Positions 29,426 through 39,317 of a stretch of 64,000 nucleotides of DNA are shown in pieces. The stretch is from an uncultured Gemmatimonadota bacterium (GTDB lineage: Bacteria > JAAXHH01), in contig OX638340.1 in assembly GCA_951812955.1 (NCBI GenBank), positions 1,536,001 through 1,600,000 on the forward strand, given 5' to 3'. Below the pieces are notes generated by a model. It ran no database searches. It worked only from the letters and a program-made list of their open reading frames with translations, and was not told the origin of the DNA. Positions within the stretch are counted from its first letter, which is position 1, and every line of letters starts with the position of its first letter. The position numbers and the translations under genes were made by a program.

Positions 29426-32400
29426 CTACGCCCAGGCTCGCTTGACGCTCGACGTGACCCAGTTGCTCAGGTCTTCGAATATCGTATAGACCGTCGGCAG
29501 CAGGATGAGCGTCAGTATACCCGAGGTGGTCAGGCCGCCAACCAGGGCCAGGCTGACCGGACCCCACTGGTTGGCGCCGCGGTCTTCCACTGGACCGAAG
29601 AACTCGGGGAAGAGAAGCGGAGCCACCATGGGCAACAGGCCGAAGATGGTGGTCAGGGACGTCATCAGGATGGGCCGCAACCGATGCCGGCCGCCCAGGA
29701 GGAGGGCCTCGGTGCGCGTCATCCCCTCTCTGCGCAAATGGTTAACGTGATCGATGAGGACGATAGCGTTGTTTACCGCAAGTCCCGACAGAACGATGAT
29801 CCCCAGGTATGAGTTCGTGTTCAGCGTCGTGCCGGACAGGTAGAAAACGATGAAAGCGCCAACCAGTCCGCACAGTACCGACAACAGAATCGTGAAGGGC
29901 TGGATGAAGGACTCCGAAATTGCCGCCATGATCAGGTAGATGAGCACCACAGAGAGCAGGATGGCGAAGAGGAACTCGCCCTGCGATTCACGCATCATGT
30001 TGAAATTGCGCCCCATGCTCCACGTGTACCCTGGAGGCAGTTCGATACCCTCCATCATCTCGGTCACCTGGGTGTTGATGCGCCGCGTGCCCGGTCCCGT
30101 CGTGTTGCCGCCCACTTCCACCTGAGATTCCCGGTCATGCCGCTCGATGACGTCGGGTCCCTTCTGCCGCGAAAAGCTGGCCAAGTTCCCCATGGGAATC
30201 ATCCCGCCTTCAGCCCGTTCGAAAGTCATGTTCTGCAGTTTCTGCAAGCTGGCACGGTCCTCTTCCTCGAGGTGCAACAGAATGTCCACCTCGCGGTCGT
30301 CGGCCTTGAATTTGCCCCTCGCCCGGCTGCTCAGCGCAGCCTGCACGGTACGGGCCGCCTGTCTCGGGGAAATGCCGTAGGTCTGTGCCATGGCCCGGTC
30401 GACCTGCACCTGGATCTCCTCGTCGCCTCGCTCCAGGCTGGTATCCACGTCCTTCAGTCCTGGGATGACCTCCATCCGGGTACGGAGATCATCGGCGATA
30501 TTGGAAAGCACCGACATGTTGTCGCCGCGCAGTTCCACGTCCACGCCCGACTGCCCGCCGCCATATCGGCGCATCCGGCCGGGTCTCCACCGCACGCCGG
30601 CAATCTCGGGCAGCGAGCTGGTGATCCTGGTCTGAAGCTCGGTGGCAGACTCCTGCCGATCCTCGGGCGGAGTCAGCACGATGCGGAGATTTGCCCGGCG
30701 AAGGCTGCCGTAGGACGAAATGGACTCGATGTGGAATTCGTCCTTGCGGTCCAGCAGGAGTGTTTCGACGTCCGTAAAGACTTCCCTGACGTCCTCAATG
30801 CTGTAGCTGCCCGGCAGATCCGCGGCTATCGCTATATCCCGCGTAGGCGCCCTGGGCTGGAACTCCGTCTCGATGTTCTGGTACAGCCAGTAGCTACCGT
30901 AAAGGATCGTACCGAAGGCAATCACGGTTACGAACCGGTGGCGCAGGTTCCAGGCAAGGACAGACGTGTAATATCCGGAAATCCGCGCGAAGAACGCCGA
31001 GGGCTTGCCCAGTGGCCGGTTGAACAGCCTCGAGGAAACCAGCGGAATGAGCGTCAGCGCGATGAAGACCGCCGCCACCATGACAATGCAGAATGTGACG
31101 ACGAAGTCCTTCATGAAGAGCATGAACCGGCTGCCGCCACCCAGGAATACGAGGGGCATGAAGACGCAAAGGGTCGTCGCCGTGGCCGCGATGATGGCCA
31201 TGGTTACCTCGCGGGTGCCCACCACGGCTGCTATCCGCGCCGGCAGGTTGGATTCCTGCCGGTGGCGGTAGATGCTTTCAAGCACCACCACGGCAGCGTC
31301 CACGAGCATGCCCACCGCCAGCATCAGGCCCATGAGCGAGATCAGGTTGATGGATACCGTGGACCCCGCCCCCTGTCGGAGCAGATACATGAAGGTGAAG
31401 GTACAGATGATCGATATCGGTATGGCCAGGCTGATAATCAGCGTGCTACGTAAGTTGCGCAGGAAGAGAAACAACACGATGACGGCCAGCATGCCGCCCA
31501 GAAGTCCCGTGTTCCTCAGGTCAGAAAGCCGGTCCGTTATGCTCTGGGACTGGTCGAAGAATACCCGGGTTTCCAGGCCCGCGAACCGGGGCTGCGTCAT
31601 GAGTTCATCCAACACGGACTGGGTGCGTTGGGCCACGTCCACGATGTTGGCCGTGGACGTCTTGTATACCCGGATCGTGACTGCATCCACCCCGTTCAGA
31701 CGCTGGAAACTGTCGTCTTCCGGGTAGTCGAACCTCACCTCCGCCACGTCGCGCAGCGACAGGGACGTACCGGGTATGGGCAGGTTCGCCACCTCGTCGG
31801 CCGCCCGGTATTCGTTTACGGATCGGACCGAATACTTCCGTCCGCCCTCGGTGACGGTCCCGGCCGTCAGGGTGACGTTGTTCTGCACCAGGGTCTGGCT
31901 GAGATTGAACAGATCGAGGTTGTGGGACTGCAGCTTCTCGTTGTCCACGTGCACGAGCAACTGCTTCTCGACCATCCCGCTGATTTCCACGTTCGCCACG
32001 CCATCCACGCGCTGGATCTGCGGCTGGATCACCTTGGTGACGATGTTGTAGAACTCCGCGGGGTCCCCGCTCCACGCCACGCTGAAATTGTAGATGGGCA
32101 TATCGTTCGGGTTCCAGCGCCGGATCCGGATGCGTTCGACGTCGGCGGGCAGTTCGCCCCGGACCTGATCGATCCGGTCCCGGACCTCCATGGCCGCCAT
32201 GTTCATGTCCGTCCCGGTCTCGAACTCGATGCGCACCCGCGCGTTGTCGTCGCGGGAGTTGGACTCCATGCTCTTCATGTTGCTCAGCGTGCCGAAGGCG
32301 TCCTCCAGCGGCCGCGTAATCAGCCGTTCCACTTCCTCGGGCGACGAGGAGGGGTAGGGCACGCTGACGTTCAGGGACGGGAAGGACATGTCCGGCAGGA

Positions 32401-32506
32401 ACATCAACGGTAGCTTGGTGTAGGATATCATACCCAGCGTGACGACACTGACGATGATCATGATCGTCGTCACCGGGCGGTTTACGGAAAACTCGGCTAT
32501 GCTCAT
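29426..32506 (-). CDS. RND efflux transporter permease subunit (AcrB/MdtC-like, HAE-type)
   Basis: 1026 aa, 12-TM RND architecture with large periplasmic loops. GMLVDAAVVVLES in TM4. 4-nt overlap with the upstream RND gene. Confidence 0.9.
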   Translation of the reverse strand: MSIAEFSVNRPVTTIMIIVSVVTLGMISYTKLPLMFLPDMSFPSLNVSVPYPSSSPEEVERLITRPLEDAFGTLSNMKSMESNSRDDNARVRIEFETGTDMNMAAMEVRDRIDQVRGELPADVERIRIRRWNPNDMPIYNFSVAWSGDPAEFYNIVTKVIQPQIQRVDGVANVEISGMVEKQLLVHVDNEKLQSHNLDLFNLSQTLVQNNVTLTAGTVTEGGRKYSVRSVNEYRAADEVANLPIPGTSLSLRDVAEVRFDYPEDDSFQRLNGVDAVTIRVYKTSTANIVDVAQRTQSVLDELMTQPRFAGLETRVFFDQSQSITDRLSDLRNTGLLGGMLAVIVLFLFLRNLRSTLIISLAIPISIICTFTFMYLLRQGAGSTVSINLISLMGLMLAVGMLVDAAVVVLESIYRHRQESNLPARIAAVVGTREVTMAIIAATATTLCVFMPLVFLGGGSRFMLFMKDFVVTFCIVMVAAVFIALTLIPLVSSRLFNRPLGKPSAFFARISGYYTSVLAWNLRHRFVTVIAFGTILYGSYWLYQNIETEFQPRAPTRDIAIAADLPGSYSIEDVREVFTDVETLLLDRKDEFHIESISSYGSLRRANLRIVLTPPEDRQESATELQTRITSSLPEIAGVRWRPGRMRRYGGGQSGVDVELRGDNMSVLSNIADDLRTRMEVIPGLKDVDTSLERGDEEIQVQVDRAMAQTYGISPRQAARTVQAALSSRARGKFKADDREVDILLHLEEEDRASLQKLQNMTFERAEGGMIPMGNLASFSRQKGPDVIERHDRESQVEVGGNTTGPGTRRINTQVTEMMEGIELPPGYTWSMGRNFNMMRESQGEFLFAILLSVVLIYLIMAAISESFIQPFTILLSVLCGLVGAFIVFYLSGTTLNTNSYLGIIVLSGLAVNNAIVLIDHVNHLRREGMTRTEALLLGGRHRLRPILMTSLTTIFGLLPMVAPLLFPEFFGPVEDRGANQWGPVSLALVGGLTTSGILTLILLPTVYTIFEDLSNWVTSSVKRAWA

Positions 32507-35500
32507 AGCTCTGCCACCTCCTGGGACACCGGTTGCCCGGTTGTTCTTGTGAATAGCTCGTATACCTTTGCCACGGCCGTCTCGATCGTCATGTAGATGA
32601 GCGGCACGAGGACCAGCGTCACCACCGTACCGGCGATCAGGCCGCCGATCACGGTGATGGCCATGGGCGCACGCAACTCGGCGCCTTCACCCACGCCGAT
32701 GGCCATGGGCAGCAAGCCGAGCACGGTGGTTGCCGTCGTCATCATGATGGGCCACAACCGAGTCTGCGCCGCCTCGACAATGGCGTCCTGCAGTTCCGTT
32801 CCCTTCCGGCGCAACTGGTTGATGTAGTCCACCAGCACGATAGCGTTGTTTACCACGATCCCGGTCAGCATGATCACTCCGATCAGCACAACCACGCTGA
32901 TCGTCTGGCCCGTGAGCACCAGCGTCGCTACTACGCCAATGATCGAGAACGGAAAAGTGAACATAATCACGAAGGGATGGAGCAGCGATTCGAACTGCGA
33001 CGCCATGACCAGATAGACGAGAAAGATCGAGAGCAGAATGGCGAACTGCAGGCTCGTGAAAGCCACCTGCATTTCCTCGTTCTGCCCCTTTATCCCCACG
33101 ACGAAATCGATAGGAAGCATGAAGCCGTCTATGATCCCCTGAATGTCTTCGGCCGCGTCTCCGAGCGAACGGCCCGACAAACCCGCGGACACGATGGCGA
33201 CCCGTTGCTGGTTGACCCTCCTGATCTCGCTCGGGCCCTGGGCGACACGGACTTCCGCCACGGCCGAGAGCGGAACGGACACCGCGCCTTCCGGGTTTAC
33301 CACCAGCCGCCGTATGGCGTCCAGGCTCAGCCGGGTCTCGTCCTCGGCCCACACACGGATGTCGATCTTCCGGTCCCGCCTCGTTAGCTCCGTGGCCACG
33401 TTGCCCTGGACCTTGTTCTGAACGATCTGGGTGACTGTGCCCAGGTTGAGGCCCAGGTTGGCAAGCTTCCTTCTATCGAAGAGGATCTGCACCTCGGGGT
33501 TTCCGCCTTCCATGCTGGCCTTCACGTCGGTCAGGCCGGGCACCAGGGACATCTCCGACGCGAGGTCTTCGGAAACTTCCGTCAGCCGGGTAAGGTTGTA
33601 TCCGCTGACTTCCACCTCCACCGGATTCTTGAAGCTGAAGAGCGCGGGACGGGCGAACTCGGGCGCTTCGATGCCGGGTATGGGTTCGAAACTGGTCCGC
33701 AAGCGGTTCATGACTTCCTCTTCCACCGCACCGCGGAGTCCGGGTTCAAGCCGGATGTGCAACTGCCCGATGTTCTCCCGTTCCTCGCCGGCGTTGCCGC
33801 CGGACTGGCCCATGGTTCCCGCCAGCACGTACACCGTGCTCACTTCCGGGTAGTCTGAGGCGATGTCCGACATGCGAATCAACACGTCCTCGGTTACCGG
33901 CAGCGGCGTACCCACGGGCAGCTTGACATTGACGAAGAACTCGCCCTGGCTCATCTGCGGGATCAGTTCGATACCGATCGTGGGAACGACATAGAGGGAA
34001 CCTGCCAGCACGGCGGTCCCTGCGAAAAGCGTGAGCGCGCGGTTGACCAGGGCCCATCGGAGGAAGGGCGGGTAGGCCCGGCGGATGACGGGGAAGATCC
34101 GGTCGAAAACCCAGCCCGCGGGCCAGAGTACGGTGCGCACGATCGCCCATGCCGACCAGAGCGTCCATCGCACGAGATAAAACACGCCGGTTACGACATA
34201 TCCCAGTACCTGGGAGAACCCGTTCCAGATCGCGCCGAAAATGGTACGGATCTTACCCAGCGCCGTAGTCGGTTCCTGCGCGGATTGATCGTCCGCGTCG
34301 TTTATGGACGCTTCCCGGTCTCGGTGCAGGATCGACGATATCACCGGTATCAGGGTGACGGCCACCAGGGTGGCCACGATGAGCGAGAAAGTGACGGCCA
34401 GCGCAAGGTCCCGAAACAACTGACCCGCGATGCCTTCCACAAAGACGATGGGCACGAAGACGCACACCGTGGTTAGCGTTGCGGCCACGACGGCCTGTCC
34501 GACCTCCGATGCGCCGAGGCGAACCCGTTCCGCAACGGGCTGATCTCCCCCTCGTCTTCGGTGCCGGTCGATGCCCTCCAGCACCACGATGGAGTTGTCC
34601 ACCAGCATTCCGACCCCCAGGGCCAGGCCGCCGAGGGACATGATGTTCAGCGAGACGTCGAAAACATAGAGAAAGAAAAACGTGGTGACCACCGAAATGG
34701 GGATGGACACGCCGATGATGAGACTGCTCGAACTACGTAGGAAGAGATACAGGACCAGGATGGCGAGTATACCGCCGTACAAGGCCGTCTTGAGCACTTC
34801 GTCCACCGACTGCTGGATGAAAATCGACTGGTCGAAGACGACTTCCAGATTCACCCCGGCGGTGAGTCCCTCCATGTCCGCCCGCACCGAGTCCAGCCGG
34901 TCCTTGACCACGCGCCCGACCTGGATCGTATTGGTTCCGGCTTCCTTGTAGATGGCGATCTCGATACTTTCCCGGCCGTCGATCCGCGCGGAGAGCTTGC
35001 GTTCCTTGTGGCTTTTTGAGACCGAGGCTACGTCGGAAAGCAGGATGGGCACGGTGTTGACCTGGCCGACGATGATATCGCCGATCTCGTCCACGGCCTG
35101 GAACTCGTTCAGGATTCGCACCAGGTATTCCGTCTCGCCGTCCTTGATGGTACCGCCCGCGATATTGACGTTTTCCTGCTCGAGCCGGGTGGCCACCTGG
35201 GTGATGGGAATCCCGAGGCTGGCCAGCCTGGATTCGTCCAGCTCTACGTGGATTTCTTCTTCCAGTCCACCGCTGATCTTGACGGCGGCGACGCCCTCGA
35301 GGGCTTCAAGCTCGCGCTTGATCTCCTCTTCCGCCATGATCCGAAGCGCGGTAAGGCTCTCGTTACCTGACAGGGCAATGCGCAGGATCGGGTCGAGGCT
35401 CGGGTCGAAGCGAAGCAGAATGGGCTTCTCGGCCGCCTGGGGCAAATTGAGCAGGTCGATCTTCTCCCGCACGTTCAGGCTGGCGAAGTCCATGTTGGTG

Positions 35501-35793
35501 CCCCACTCGAACTCCAGGATGACGTCGGACCGTTCCGGGCGCGATATGGAGCTGACGCGCACCACGCCGGTCACCACGCCCACCGCTTCCTCGATGGGTT
35601 CGGAAACGAGGTTCTCGATCTCGTTCGGTGCGGCGCCGATGTATTCGGTCCGCACCGTCAGGGTCGGGTACGTGATGTCCGGGAGCAGGTTGATGGGCAG
35701 CCGTGAGAATGCGATGGAGCCGAAGAGCAGCATCGCCGTCATCAACATGATGATCGTTACGGGCCTGCCGATGGAAAAACCGATGATTTTCAT
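32503..35793 (-). CDS. RND efflux transporter permease subunit (second paralogous subunit, MdtB/MdtC-like pair)
   Basis: 1096 aa. GMLVDNSIVVLEG in TM4. Tandem with the downstream RND gene, suggesting a heteromeric pump. Confidence 0.9.
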   Translation of the reverse strand: MKIIGFSIGRPVTIIMLMTAMLLFGSIAFSRLPINLLPDITYPTLTVRTEYIGAAPNEIENLVSEPIEEAVGVVTGVVRVSSISRPERSDVILEFEWGTNMDFASLNVREKIDLLNLPQAAEKPILLRFDPSLDPILRIALSGNESLTALRIMAEEEIKRELEALEGVAAVKISGGLEEEIHVELDESRLASLGIPITQVATRLEQENVNIAGGTIKDGETEYLVRILNEFQAVDEIGDIIVGQVNTVPILLSDVASVSKSHKERKLSARIDGRESIEIAIYKEAGTNTIQVGRVVKDRLDSVRADMEGLTAGVNLEVVFDQSIFIQQSVDEVLKTALYGGILAILVLYLFLRSSSSLIIGVSIPISVVTTFFFLYVFDVSLNIMSLGGLALGVGMLVDNSIVVLEGIDRHRRRGGDQPVAERVRLGASEVGQAVVAATLTTVCVFVPIVFVEGIAGQLFRDLALAVTFSLIVATLVAVTLIPVISSILHRDREASINDADDQSAQEPTTALGKIRTIFGAIWNGFSQVLGYVVTGVFYLVRWTLWSAWAIVRTVLWPAGWVFDRIFPVIRRAYPPFLRWALVNRALTLFAGTAVLAGSLYVVPTIGIELIPQMSQGEFFVNVKLPVGTPLPVTEDVLIRMSDIASDYPEVSTVYVLAGTMGQSGGNAGEERENIGQLHIRLEPGLRGAVEEEVMNRLRTSFEPIPGIEAPEFARPALFSFKNPVEVEVSGYNLTRLTEVSEDLASEMSLVPGLTDVKASMEGGNPEVQILFDRRKLANLGLNLGTVTQIVQNKVQGNVATELTRRDRKIDIRVWAEDETRLSLDAIRRLVVNPEGAVSVPLSAVAEVRVAQGPSEIRRVNQQRVAIVSAGLSGRSLGDAAEDIQGIIDGFMLPIDFVVGIKGQNEEMQVAFTSLQFAILLSIFLVYLVMASQFESLLHPFVIMFTFPFSIIGVVATLVLTGQTISVVVLIGVIMLTGIVVNNAIVLVDYINQLRRKGTELQDAIVEAAQTRLWPIMMTTATTVLGLLPMAIGVGEGAELRAPMAITVIGGLIAGTVVTLVLVPLIYMTIETAVAKVYELFTRTTGQPVSQEVAEL

Positions 35794-35839
35794 GTATAGA
35801 TTACCGTGTCACCTTGGAATTTGAGTTATTGTCGCAAAT

Positions 35840-36304
35840 TTAATGCTCGTCACCGATCAGTTCGTGAATCATCTGGACCAGTGCCTTGCTCGCCTCATCC
35901 ATGTTCGCCGACTCGCGGCGGGCCCCGAGGTAAAGATCCGCATACTGCTTGCAGATCGTAAGCGATGGCGCGAAGGCGCCGGCCGAATCCAGCTCGCGGC
36001 GCACACAGTCCACCGTACGATGAAACGTCTCGACCGTATCGAGGAACCCGTCCTTCAGTTCGGCCTCGCGCACTTTGCCCCAGATATCGGCCAGCACATC
36101 GCCTATTTCGGCCGGTTCGCAAACGCACAGGGTGTGCAGTTTCGGCCAGACCGCCCGGAACCGCTTCTCGACCTCTTCAAGCTTGTCCTCGCCGGGACTT
36201 TCAAGGGTCAGGGACCGCTGGATCAGTTTCTCGTATTCCGGTCCTTCCTGTGCCGCGGCGGGGATCGATATAGACGCAATAAGGAGCAATACTAACCAAC
36301 GCAT
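35840..36304 (-). CDS. Periplasmic hypothetical protein within the efflux operon
   Basis: Signal peptide MRWLVLLLIASISIPAAAQE. Four Cys. No recognisable family. Confidence 0.5.
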   Translation of the reverse strand: MRWLVLLLIASISIPAAAQEGPEYEKLIQRSLTLESPGEDKLEEVEKRFRAVWPKLHTLCVCEPAEIGDVLADIWGKVREAELKDGFLDTVETFHRTVDCVRRELDSAGAFAPSLTICKQYADLYLGARRESANMDEASKALVQMIHELIGDEH

Positions 36305-36380
36305 AATCTACCTCCCGTGACTGGGCATGTTGATTTCGCGTTCGTGTCTGACTCTTTGTGCTCGGTGATCGGTCAATTCG

Positions 36381-37994
36381 CTACTGCGGACGTCCGCCTC
36401 CATCCATCTTTCGCATATTGCGGAACTGCTCGATCATGAAAGCACGCTGCCTCTCTTCGTCCTCCGCGAAGCTCGGATCCTCTTCCACCTGCTTGTCGTA
36501 GGCCGCCTTGATCTCGGGATTCCGGAACATCCGCTCCTTCATCTGGGCGAGATCCATGTTCATCATACGGTTGCCGCCGCGCATGCCCCCGGTTCCGCCA
36601 CCGTCACCCTGTCCCGCGCCGCCCGCACCGGTCCTGCCGGATCCGCCGATTCCTTCCTGTGCCACCGGACGCCGTTCCGCGTTGCCCTGGCCGCCATCCG
36701 GGTTCGCCGTCGATGCTGCAGGCGCATCGGTCGATTCCGCACCCGAGCCGCCCCTACCTGCCGGCCGGGCGCCTGTTCCGCCATTCGTTCCTCCGGACCG
36801 TCCGCCCATTGCACCAGGCCTGCCGGCCATTCCCGATGGATCGCCGCCCATGCCACCGTCCATGCCTGCCGCGGCGGGCGGGGTCTGTCCAGCGATGCGT
36901 ACAGGCGCGCCGTTCCGGAGTCCTTCCTGGCCCACTGTAATGATGGAATCACCGTCGGACAGACCGGACAGCACCTCGACGTATTCCCCTTCGGCGATGC
37001 CGATTTCAAGGAGCCGCTTTTCGGCCGTGCCGTCCTGGAAAAGAAAGGCGTAGGATCCCTCCGCCTCGGCCACCAGGGCCTTCTTCTCGACCTGCAGCAC
37101 TTCTTCGTGGTTTGCGATCACCAGGTTGACGGTGGTAAACATGCCGGGTCTCAGCGTGCCTTGCCGATCCCTGATTTCCACCGTGACCTTTACCGTTCCG
37201 CTCTGGGGATCCACGACGGGACTGATCCGGGCGACCCGGCCCGCGTGGGTCTGGTCCGATCCCTCGACATTAATGCGCACGGACTGACCGGGCCGAACCT
37301 GTCCGATATCCTTTTCGGGCACGTATATGCGGGCAAGTAGCGGATCGAGATCCGCCGTCCGGAATACCACGTCATTCGCGTTCACCAGGTTTCCCACCTC
37401 GATCAACCGCTCCGTGATTATGCCGGAGAAAGGACTTCGAATCGTAGCGTATTCCAGTTGAAGCTTCGCCGACTCGTACTGGGTCTGTGCGGCCTCGTAC
37501 TGGAACTTCGTCTGTTCGAATTCCTGGCTGCTGAGCAGTTCCCGATCCAGCAGTTCCTGGGACCGATTGTAGTTCGATTCCAGGCTGTTCATGTTCACTT
37601 CCCGTTCCTTGAGCGTCAATTCCAGCGTGTCGGTGTCGAGCTGGGCAAGTGGCTGCCCTTCCTCCACGCGGTCGCCCTCCTCGACCAGGATGGTTTCCAC
37701 GAGCCCTTGCGTGCGGGAGACCACGTCCACGTGCCGCTCCGCCTCCAGCGAAGTGTAGGTCAGCAGCGTCGCGGCGATATTTCCCCGGCCCACGGTTTTC
37801 ACTTCGACCGGTATGGAAGCGCCGGTGCGCGCCATCGCGCCCATGCCGGGCCTGCCGCCGCGCTGAGCCTGATCTCCGTTTTCCTCCGCCTCCTCGTCGC
37901 CGCCGCAGGCGAGCGTGCCCGCCAACGCCAGTACCATCGACCAGGAAGCCAGTTTCCCTATCCCGAACCGCTTGAACATGAACTGCTCCTTCAA
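36381..37994 (-). CDS. RND efflux periplasmic adaptor (membrane fusion protein, HlyD family) with a long Gly/Met/Pro-rich C-terminal tail
   Basis: Lipoyl/beta-barrel MFP core (RPGMFTTVNLVIANHEEVL). About 170-aa tail rich in GG(M/T)GG and MxxM-like segments (GMDGGMGGDPSGMAGRPGAMGG ... MRGGNRMMNM). Confidence 0.85.
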   Translation of the reverse strand: MKEQFMFKRFGIGKLASWSMVLALAGTLACGGDEEAEENGDQAQRGGRPGMGAMARTGASIPVEVKTVGRGNIAATLLTYTSLEAERHVDVVSRTQGLVETILVEEGDRVEEGQPLAQLDTDTLELTLKEREVNMNSLESNYNRSQELLDRELLSSQEFEQTKFQYEAAQTQYESAKLQLEYATIRSPFSGIITERLIEVGNLVNANDVVFRTADLDPLLARIYVPEKDIGQVRPGQSVRINVEGSDQTHAGRVARISPVVDPQSGTVKVTVEIRDRQGTLRPGMFTTVNLVIANHEEVLQVEKKALVAEAEGSYAFLFQDGTAEKRLLEIGIAEGEYVEVLSGLSDGDSIITVGQEGLRNGAPVRIAGQTPPAAAGMDGGMGGDPSGMAGRPGAMGGRSGGTNGGTGARPAGRGGSGAESTDAPAASTANPDGGQGNAERRPVAQEGIGGSGRTGAGGAGQGDGGGTGGMRGGNRMMNMDLAQMKERMFRNPEIKAAYDKQVEEDPSFAEDEERQRAFMIEQFRNMRKMDGGGRPQ

Positions 37995-38136
37995 ATGTTA
38001 GACCCGGTGCACACCGGTCTCTTGATTTCTCCGGCCAACCTGCCCGCCCAAAGGGCTTTCCCTGCTACTTCAAAAGGACCCGGCCATCCGGACACGCCAT
38101 TGAATGGCACGGTGCCGGCCACTTCGGCCAGCCCCG

Positions 38137-38595
38137 CTATCTTCGACGGTATCCGCTTCTGAATCGCTCCTTGATCATGGTGAAGAACTTCGTCTGCTGT
38201 TCCGGGGTCAGCACCTCTTTGTGCGCCACGATGAAATCGAATACGATGGCCTCCCGTTCCGCCTGGAGCGAATCCATCTGCGCCTTGATCCGGTCGATCT
38301 CTCCGCGGTCTGTATCCGGCGCCATGAGCAGATCGTACAACTGGTCGCGTTTTTCTCGGTAACCTTCCCGGTAAGGCGTCAGTTGATCTCCGAGTCCGGA
38401 ACGCATTTGCCTGACCTGTTCCGCCTGTGTTTCAGTGAGACCGAGCCGTTCGGTTATGGACATCCTTCCCTCGCGCCGATCCTGCCGGTCGCGCCGTTCG
38501 TCGTCACCCCAGCGGTGATAGGCGCGGGTGGCCAGAGAGGCCAGGTTGATGACGGTCAGCAGGACCACGCCCCATATGATCAGTTTCTTCTTCAT
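38137..38595 (-). CDS. Spy/CpxP/ZraP-family periplasmic protein (LTxxQ motif)
   Basis: Signal/TM anchor, then two LTxxQ motifs (LGLTETQAEQV, VLTPEQQTKFF). Confidence 0.6.
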   Translation of the reverse strand: MKKKLIIWGVVLLTVINLASLATRAYHRWGDDERRDRQDRREGRMSITERLGLTETQAEQVRQMRSGLGDQLTPYREGYREKRDQLYDLLMAPDTDRGEIDRIKAQMDSLQAEREAIVFDFIVAHKEVLTPEQQTKFFTMIKERFRSGYRRR

Positions 38596-38668
38596 CTGCC
38601 CGGTTCTTTCCTCGATTTGCCGTCAGACTGAACGGCTTTTGTACCGGTGTGTTCGCTCATCTGCCGGA

Positions 38669-39172
38669 TTAATCCCCGATTTCGTCCAGGTCCGGCAGCA
38701 GATAGTCCAGCTCGACCGTCTCGGCCGAGATTTGCTGAAGATCATCGGCAAAAGAGTACGCCAGTATACCCGTTTCCGAAGGCATCGGTTCGACTTGCGC
38801 AGCTTCTCCTTCGGTGCCGCTGCCGAGATAGGCGCCGATCACGATTCCGGCGGCCATCGTGACGGCCATCAACGCCGGCCGGACGAGCAAGGCGATCCGC
38901 GTCCCGACCGTCGGACCAGGTTCGATGGAGTCCTCGCCTCGAAGAGCCGCCTCGAAACGCGTACGCAGCCGAAGGGTAGGTCCGGTCACGTGCAGAAGGC
39001 TATCGGAATGCCAGGTTTCCCGCAGCGCGTCTACCCGTTCACGGCATCGGGGGCAGGTACGCAGGTGCGCCTCGCACTGTACCCGTTCTTCCGACGGAAG
39101 TTCTCCGTCGATGTAGAGGATGATTCGATCTTCGAGGTGACGATGATTCACGATGGAAGCCCGCCTGGTCAT
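38669..39172 (-). CDS. Anti-sigma factor, zf-HC2 type, single-pass membrane protein
   Basis: HxxxCxxC zinc motif (CEAHLRTCPRCRE), a central TM helix (IALLVRPALMAVTMAAGIVIGAYL), located just downstream of the ECF sigma gene. Confidence 0.7.
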   Translation of the reverse strand: MTRRASIVNHRHLEDRIILYIDGELPSEERVQCEAHLRTCPRCRERVDALRETWHSDSLLHVTGPTLRLRTRFEAALRGEDSIEPGPTVGTRIALLVRPALMAVTMAAGIVIGAYLGSGTEGEAAQVEPMPSETGILAYSFADDLQQISAETVELDYLLPDLDEIGD

Positions 39173-39317
39173 GGTCGTGTGGGTTAATGGGACGGTGCCA
39201 CTACCCGTCCTGTTCGGTCACTACCCGTCCTGTCCCTTCCTAATGTGCTTAGACAATCCATCCGCTTCAACCATTCGTTTTTTGTGCATTGCCCAGCGGC
39301 AGAATCGGGGCGAACGT

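Noticed and set aside
30137-31453. 438-aa plus-strand ORF, and also the 290-aa ORF at 34952..35824
   Set aside because: Both are antisense to the two RND permease genes. The Ser/Arg/His-rich products are characteristic of reverse frames of membrane-protein genes.
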